IMG/VR virus record: IMGVR_UViG_3300032292_000698
Span: 36,984 to 100,983 of that record
Length of the DNA: 64,000 nucleotides
Strand: one strand, 5' to 3'
Source of the DNA: a virus
Taxonomy: Duplodnaviria; Caudoviricetes
The notes under the pieces were generated by a model. That model saw nothing but the letters and a program-made list of their open reading frames with translations. It ran no database searches and was not told the origin of the DNA. A program made the position numbers and the translations under genes. Positions 58,922-64,000 of this stretch are shown piece after piece (the first letter of the stretch is position 1; the number at the start of each line of letters is the position of its first letter).

Positions 58922-60977
58922 TGATCGAATCAATTACCATTTGTGAACTGATTTGTTTAGAACACTCAAATTCTCTAGCGGTACCCTTTTGACGAGGACA
59001 CCACATCCAATCACCTTTATCAAATTCATGTTCATTCCAACATCCATTACAAACATTGGTATTGATCACTCTGTAGGGAGTATAAAACTCACTGCGTGGT
59101 AAACTAAATCCACTCACCAACACCGTAGGTTTGTTTAATGCCCATGACAACCATGACAATCCTGATCCAATACCCACAAAGAATTCACTGTTGTGCAACA
59201 AATTCATGGTTTCTTGAATCTCCTTTGGACCCGACTTGTTGATGATATTTTTCAAATCATCACGTGGTTCAGCCTGAATTAACACCGGTTTCAAACCAAT
59301 GCTGTTCAAATAATCACACATCTCCTGCCAACCAGTTGGATTATTCCAGAATTTGGCCTGAGCTGTTGAATGAGTGGCAAAACAAACATACTTCTGTTCA
59401 ATCTTTCGAGTGGTGTCATTAACTTTCAAGATCGGACGAATTTCTTTGTGGTTGATACCCAAGATCGAAGACGAAATACGTTGAAGTCCTACATCCTTAT
59501 AATTGAATACAGATCTAGCATTGTCAGGAAAACATCCAATCATGTAAATTGCGTAAAAGTTTCCGCTCCATTCTAATCCGCAGAACTTTATGTTAGAATA
59601 TGTTTCTTTAAACAAAGACGCCCAATTGGTAGCACACGTAACATTGCATTGATGTTTCTTTCTAAACTCTTCAATATATGGAAACCACGCCAAACAATCT
59701 CCCAACGACTTGGTATCAAGACAGATCAAAACTTCTTTTCCTCTCAAATCAATACGATGATCCAATACCAATTGTGAATTAGCATGAACTTTGATACGAT
59801 ATGGAATATACCGTTTGATAAAACATTTGGCCCACTCATTTGTCTTCATCGTTCCACCATACAACGACTCTTCAGAATCTTCATCAATGAACTCAAAATC
59901 ATATTTGACAGATGGATCTCCACCGTTGATAGAAAGATAAGCACCATCAACATAATTGATTTCAATCTTGGCACTCTGAACTTGTTGTGGCCTATTCACG
60001 GTCAAATCATACACACTATTCAATTCGTTTTTCATACGATATTCATCCAGTTTACAATAAACATCAATCAAGTCTTTTGCTACATTGTTCCAATCATTGG
60101 CTATAGCATATTTACGAGCATCCCGCCGAAAATTAACCCAGTTATTCATTGCTGTTGCAATGCCGTTATATACAGAATCAACATTACGTTCCACCTTTAC
60201 CATTCCGGGTAATACTTCACTATCAAATGTCGATACAACCGGCAATGAACATCCCATAGCTTCCAACAACGTCAAATTTGGATGACCAGCTTCAACTGAA
60301 GATGGATGCAAAAAGATTGTATGAGACTGATATGTCTTGACCAATTCCTGTTCCGTTAAATCATACAAAAATGTAAGTTTGTCGTAAGGTTTGTAATCAG
60401 CATTCTTTTCAAAAAATTCACGGTTAATAGATGGACCCGCAATCGTAATTGGTAAGTTGTGTCTACGAGCAGCTTCAATCGCATATACAAATCCTTTTCG
60501 ATCAAACGAAATATCTTCACACAATCCATTTCTACCAACACACAATAGTGAATGTTTAGATGGCTGATCACCATAAGTAAACATTGTAGAATTAACACCG
60601 TGACGAAGATACTGAACACGTTTGCTCTCAAAGAAAGACACCAAATGTTTTGCAGGTACTAACGATACAATTGATTTTTCAATAGCTTCACGGTTCTGTT
60701 TGTACAAAAGAGAATGAACACCATACACTTCAGTATGATGATCGTGCATTGTAAAAACATATGGAATGCCACGTTCATGGGCAATTAACGCTAGATTTGC
60801 TACATGTATGTGAACAACATCATAGTCTGATTTGTTCACCTCATCCAAATATTTGATATCACATGTGTGACCAGCACGTTCAAACGCCTGTTTGTATTCC
60901 CAAATAATTTTTTCGATTGCACCCCACCCGTTTGGTGGAATTGAAATAAGGCCCGGGGTAACTTGACAAATTTTCAT
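58884..60977 (-). CDS. GT4 + Aah/TibC-like autotransporter O-heptosyltransferase fusion
   Basis: N-terminal IPPNGWGAIE...EAGHPNLTLLEA (GT4). C-terminal SLGDCLAWFPY, STAQAKFWNN, GIGSGLSWLSW, SGFS and CNGC...WCP...FEC. Confidence 0.88.
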   Translation of the reverse strand: MKICQVTPGLISIPPNGWGAIEKIIWEYKQAFERAGHTCDIKYLDEVNKSDYDVVHIHVANLALIAHERGIPYVFTMHDHHTEVYGVHSLLYKQNREAIEKSIVSLVPAKHLVSFFESKRVQYLRHGVNSTMFTYGDQPSKHSLLCVGRNGLCEDISFDRKGFVYAIEAARRHNLPITIAGPSINREFFEKNADYKPYDKLTFLYDLTEQELVKTYQSHTIFLHPSSVEAGHPNLTLLEAMGCSLPVVSTFDSEVLPGMVKVERNVDSVYNGIATAMNNWVNFRRDARKYAIANDWNNVAKDLIDVYCKLDEYRMKNELNSVYDLTVNRPQQVQSAKIEINYVDGAYLSINGGDPSVKYDFEFIDEDSEESLYGGTMKTNEWAKCFIKRYIPYRIKVHANSQLVLDHRIDLRGKEVLICLDTKSLGDCLAWFPYIEEFRKKHQCNVTCATNWASLFKETYSNIKFCGLEWSGNFYAIYMIGCFPDNARSVFNYKDVGLQRISSSILGINHKEIRPILKVNDTTRKIEQKYVCFATHSTAQAKFWNNPTGWQEMCDYLNSIGLKPVLIQAEPRDDLKNIINKSGPKEIQETMNLLHNSEFFVGIGSGLSWLSWALNKPTVLVSGFSLPRSEFYTPYRVINTNVCNGCWNEHEFDKGDWMWCPRQKGTAREFECSKQISSQMVIDSINELIKTEGIRTS

Positions 60978-60982
60978 AACAA

Positions 60983-63415
60983 TTATTGAATCACTGACTG
61001 CCTAGAAAACGTTTTCATATAACTAGTCAATTGACCATAAGATTGAATTGTTTTAAATAGATCCACAAACTGATTGTTAATAACATAACCATTAACACCA
61101 GAACGTTTGGTGGAATAATAAAAATCATCAGATCCAATGCAATCAGTTTCACCGTGTACCAATGACACGGTAGGAATGTTCTTTTTGACAGCATAATCAT
61201 GTGCAAACCTAACCTTCTGAATAAACGCATCTGGTGAAACTGCAAGATCACCATCAGTCACAACCACATTTATATGAGATGGAAAGTTATACAACTGTTG
61301 AACCACTTCCAATTCAGTAGATTCCAAATAATCACGATACACAACTCCCAACGCAGTCAAAGAAGGTATAGACGAATCTTTATCATTGGAATCAATGTGA
61401 TGTATATTAATTGTAGAATCAATACTCAAAGGACCATGCGGATAACGCACAAACGATCCATTATCAGAAATTTCATTGACATCAACAAATTGAATTAGTT
61501 TATTGTTAATACGTTCATAGTTTGAATTGAACTCTTCCAAGGTAATACCATACGAACGTCCCGACACAATTTTAACAGGATGATACACTCGGTTATCATT
61601 CAATTGACAATATCCCAACCTCAAAATCAAACTCTTATTCTCATACACCCTGATAACCACATTTTTGTTATCAATTATGTTGCTGGAACTCTTCCAAATG
61701 TAAAAACAATCTTTTGTATCGTTAGGAACCACAGAAAAATACTCAACGCACGAAAATGAATTCAAATCACTGTTGGGAAACAAATCTTCTTCGGATTTAT
61801 CAACAATTGTCAAATCCTTCAACTTGTTTTTCATAGAATAATACACATAATTCTCCAAACTGTTGCTAGGACATCCATTTTTACGAATACTTTCATTGTA
61901 TTGTTCCTCATTTACTACAATATCAAAGTTGTTTAGAAAATAATCGTTATCAATAACGAAAAACACAGTCTTTAATGTATCTCCTTCACCCAAAACTTCA
62001 TGCATGAAGAATCCTTTTGACGAATTGTGTTCCAATTTATCAACAATATCGTTCACCACCTTCAAATCTTGATCGTTTAACACAATATCATAGTTCAAAC
62101 ACACACTGTATTTGAATCCTTGATCTTTAGCCTTACGAATACCATTCTGATAGTTGGTCCAAACAGCCAATCCATGATAATTGTTGTTGTCGTTGGCTTT
62201 CAAATTCAAATCACAACGAAACGACGAATCCTGATACCAATATTTTGAATAAAAAGAATGCTTAATAATAGGATTTACAGGATCATATACCACTGTATCA
62301 GCAATAGTCTCATAATCTTTGTAACTGTTGTGATGGGTAACCAGAATTTTGTGAGAGTTTGTCAGATTACGCAAACATTTAATCGTGGTTTTTGTAGCAA
62401 TATCCGTAGATGGATATGTCGAAACCACATATGCATAGTTTATGGGTTTACTTTTTTTTTGAACAAAAGACCGAATCATGTCCACATTCTTCTTTGCATT
62501 GTTATTCAAATAGGTAATGTTGGAAAACCGGTCATACATGTTCAAATATACCGGTAAGTTGTATATCAACGAGGGTATACGATAACTGATAGCCTCTCTT
62601 ATAACAATAGGACTGGTTTCTTTATCGTGTTCATTGCCACGACTAGTAAACAAAAACATGTCCATACAACTATAAAAGGTATCTACATCTTTACGTTCAC
62701 CCCAGACCTTACAATTGGATGGCAAATTCGCCAATATTGGCCCCCAGTAATCTTGAAAATTACCAGCCGTATTTCCCACAAAATGAAACTGAACAGGTAC
62801 ATCACTCAATTGACGAGCGTATTCAACAATTTCACCCTGATTCTTACGTGAAGACCACAATCCCACATTAACTACATGAAACAATTCGGGATCCAAACCC
62901 AAGTTCTTCAGCGCACCATCTCTATCACTAACTCTCTCTTTATACAAAATGGGATATTCAATAACCTTAGAATCAATATTGAGCGCGGTCATGTTACGCT
63001 TCTGATACTCACTGACAAATACAAACTGATCAGGAAAGAACTTCTTGTTGGCTACATCAAAACTACTATCATGCGACGTTTCTACAATATGATAACGACG
63101 GGTATTGGAATATACCTTCACCGCAACATCATGATCCATGTAATACTCGGGCATTTCTTCCAAATGAATGATATCAGGATCAATCTTGTCAATAATAGAC
63201 AACAGTTCATGTTTGTTGTCTTTCAAAGCAAAATGTTTGCTTCCCAACATCTCCTTAACTTGGTTTTTTTGTACAACAAACCATTCTCCATAGTCATTAT
63301 ACTCAACACAATAAACGTCGTGGGTGTCTTTCAATATGCTCATCTTCTTGAGCAAATACTGAGGACACCCACCGGTCGATAAATGCGGCGTGATATACAG
63401 AATCTTATAACTCAT
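60983..63415 (-). CDS. multidomain glycosyltransferase (GT4 + GT-A-like)
   Basis: ITPHLSTGGCPQY, RKNQ and ETSPIVIREA, then a second domain with YVVSTY and CLNYD. Confidence 0.8.
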   Translation of the reverse strand: MSYKILYITPHLSTGGCPQYLLKKMSILKDTHDVYCVEYNDYGEWFVVQKNQVKEMLGSKHFALKDNKHELLSIIDKIDPDIIHLEEMPEYYMDHDVAVKVYSNTRRYHIVETSHDSSFDVANKKFFPDQFVFVSEYQKRNMTALNIDSKVIEYPILYKERVSDRDGALKNLGLDPELFHVVNVGLWSSRKNQGEIVEYARQLSDVPVQFHFVGNTAGNFQDYWGPILANLPSNCKVWGERKDVDTFYSCMDMFLFTSRGNEHDKETSPIVIREAISYRIPSLIYNLPVYLNMYDRFSNITYLNNNAKKNVDMIRSFVQKKSKPINYAYVVSTYPSTDIATKTTIKCLRNLTNSHKILVTHHNSYKDYETIADTVVYDPVNPIIKHSFYSKYWYQDSSFRCDLNLKANDNNNYHGLAVWTNYQNGIRKAKDQGFKYSVCLNYDIVLNDQDLKVVNDIVDKLEHNSSKGFFMHEVLGEGDTLKTVFFVIDNDYFLNNFDIVVNEEQYNESIRKNGCPSNSLENYVYYSMKNKLKDLTIVDKSEEDLFPNSDLNSFSCVEYFSVVPNDTKDCFYIWKSSSNIIDNKNVVIRVYENKSLILRLGYCQLNDNRVYHPVKIVSGRSYGITLEEFNSNYERINNKLIQFVDVNEISDNGSFVRYPHGPLSIDSTINIHHIDSNDKDSSIPSLTALGVVYRDYLESTELEVVQQLYNFPSHINVVVTDGDLAVSPDAFIQKVRFAHDYAVKKNIPTVSLVHGETDCIGSDDFYYSTKRSGVNGYVINNQFVDLFKTIQSYGQLTSYMKTFSRQSVIQ

Positions 63416-63448
63416 TTATTAAAACTATTTTCTAACCACCCCTGACGT

Positions 63449-64000
63449 TTATTTTATTTTCTCCATCAACAATTTTACTTGTTTTTCAAGAATTTCAACT
63501 CGGGTTGCCATTTCTTTAAACGCATTGATCGTTACCCACTGCAATTTATCCGAATTGACCCAATAGTATCTTTGTGGACCACTATCACTTGGATGTGCTT
63601 TTTGTTCGAATGTTGTTACCAGTTCAGGAAAGTCATTCATTACGTCCTGAGCAATAATACCATACGAAACAACTTCATCCGACTTTTTATCATTGCCAAG
63701 ATTGTTGTACTCAAATGACACAGGATTGAGTTTCAACAAATCAGTCAACCCCTTGTTCAACGGACGAATGTTCTTCTTCAAACGACGGTCAGATGTGGCA
63801 CCAGACGCACCTTGAGCTCCTTGAGCGCCTTTTACACCTGATGTACCTGCAGCACCTTGTGCGCCTGTGGCACCTCCACCGCCTTGTGCACCTTGAGCGC
63901 CTTGAAGACCTGTTCCACCTTGACCGCCTTGTGCACCCTGAGCGCCACTTGTTCCACTTGAACCTGCAGCACCTTGAGCGCCTTGTGCGCCCTGAGCACC
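63449..64000 (-). CDS. collagen-like tail fibre C-terminus with S74 intramolecular chaperone (5'-truncated)
   Basis: Frame is open to the window edge: (GAQ)n/GSSGTS Gly-X-Y repeats, then SDRRLKKNI...LNPVSF...GIIAQ..PELV and a coiled coil. Confidence 0.9.
   Translation of the reverse strand, partial: GAQGAQGAQGAAGSSGTSGAQGAQGGQGGTGLQGAQGAQGGGGATGAQGAAGTSGVKGAQGAQGASGATSDRRLKKNIRPLNKGLTDLLKLNPVSFEYNNLGNDKKSDEVVSYGIIAQDVMNDFPELVTTFEQKAHPSDSGPQRYYWVNSDKLQWVTINAFKEMATRVEILEKQVKLLMEKIK
63794..64000 (-). repeat. proline-free Gly-X-Y collagen-like repeat
   Basis: GAQGAQGAQGAAGSSGTSGAQGAQGGQGGTGLQGAQGAQGGGGATGAQGAAGTSGVKGAQGAQGASGAT. Confidence 0.9.

Noticed and set aside
1-64000. Stop-codon reassignment, as in some huge phages
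   Set aside because: Conserved genes (nrdA, nrdB, sheath, recA, glf) are full length in code 11 and TGA is used in many ATGA overlaps. There is no fragmentation at TAG.
1-64000. CRISPR array, tRNA genes, DGR or IS elements
   Set aside because: No regularly spaced repeats, cloverleaf-like segments, reverse transcriptase or transposase noticed. Intergenic gaps are short. This was a by-eye check only.

Overview
This 64 kb window is part of a large, AT-rich, contractile-tailed (jumbo/'huge') phage genome. It uses the standard genetic code, and genes are densely packed with frequent ATGA overlaps. Region 1-13.8 kb (+): a 5'-truncated dUTPase, then an operon of about 11 glycosyltransferases (GT4, GT2, GT77-like, GT11, GT7-like, GT6, HtrL/YibB), 2 FkbM methyltransferases and UDP-galactopyranose mutase. 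Region 13.8-41.5 kb (-): an NDP-6-deoxy/C-methyl-sugar pathway (RmlA, NRS/ER-type reductase, C-methyltransferase, RmlB) ending in a GT-B enzyme with a possible C-terminal winged helix, directly downstream of dNMP kinase and clamp-loader genes. It also holds UvsE, a DUF4338/DruA-like protein, a MoxR AAA+/VWA pair, NrdAB, a gp41-like helicase, a 5'-3' exonuclease, RecA/UvsX, a gp32-like SSB and a divergent family-A polymerase. Region 41.5-58 kb (-): the tail module (baseplate proteins, tape measure, gp26-like chaperone, tube, sheath), with a nucleotidyltransferase and a HAD phosphatase inserted. Region 58-64 kb (-): two Aah/TibC-like protein O-heptosyltransferases and a large GT directly behind a proline-free collagen-like fibre with an S74 chaperone. 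Most notable: (i) a candidate virion/fibre protein-glycosylation system; (ii) a candidate DNA hypermodification system using a branched deoxysugar; (iii) an ABO-like GT11/GT7/GT6 triad; (iv) an unannotated +1/-2 frameshift product in the tail chaperone gene; (v) a recurrent TATTTATA upstream motif (the inverse of the T4 late promoter) and near-leaderless sigma70-type promoters. All family calls come from motif recognition by eye; no database searches were run.
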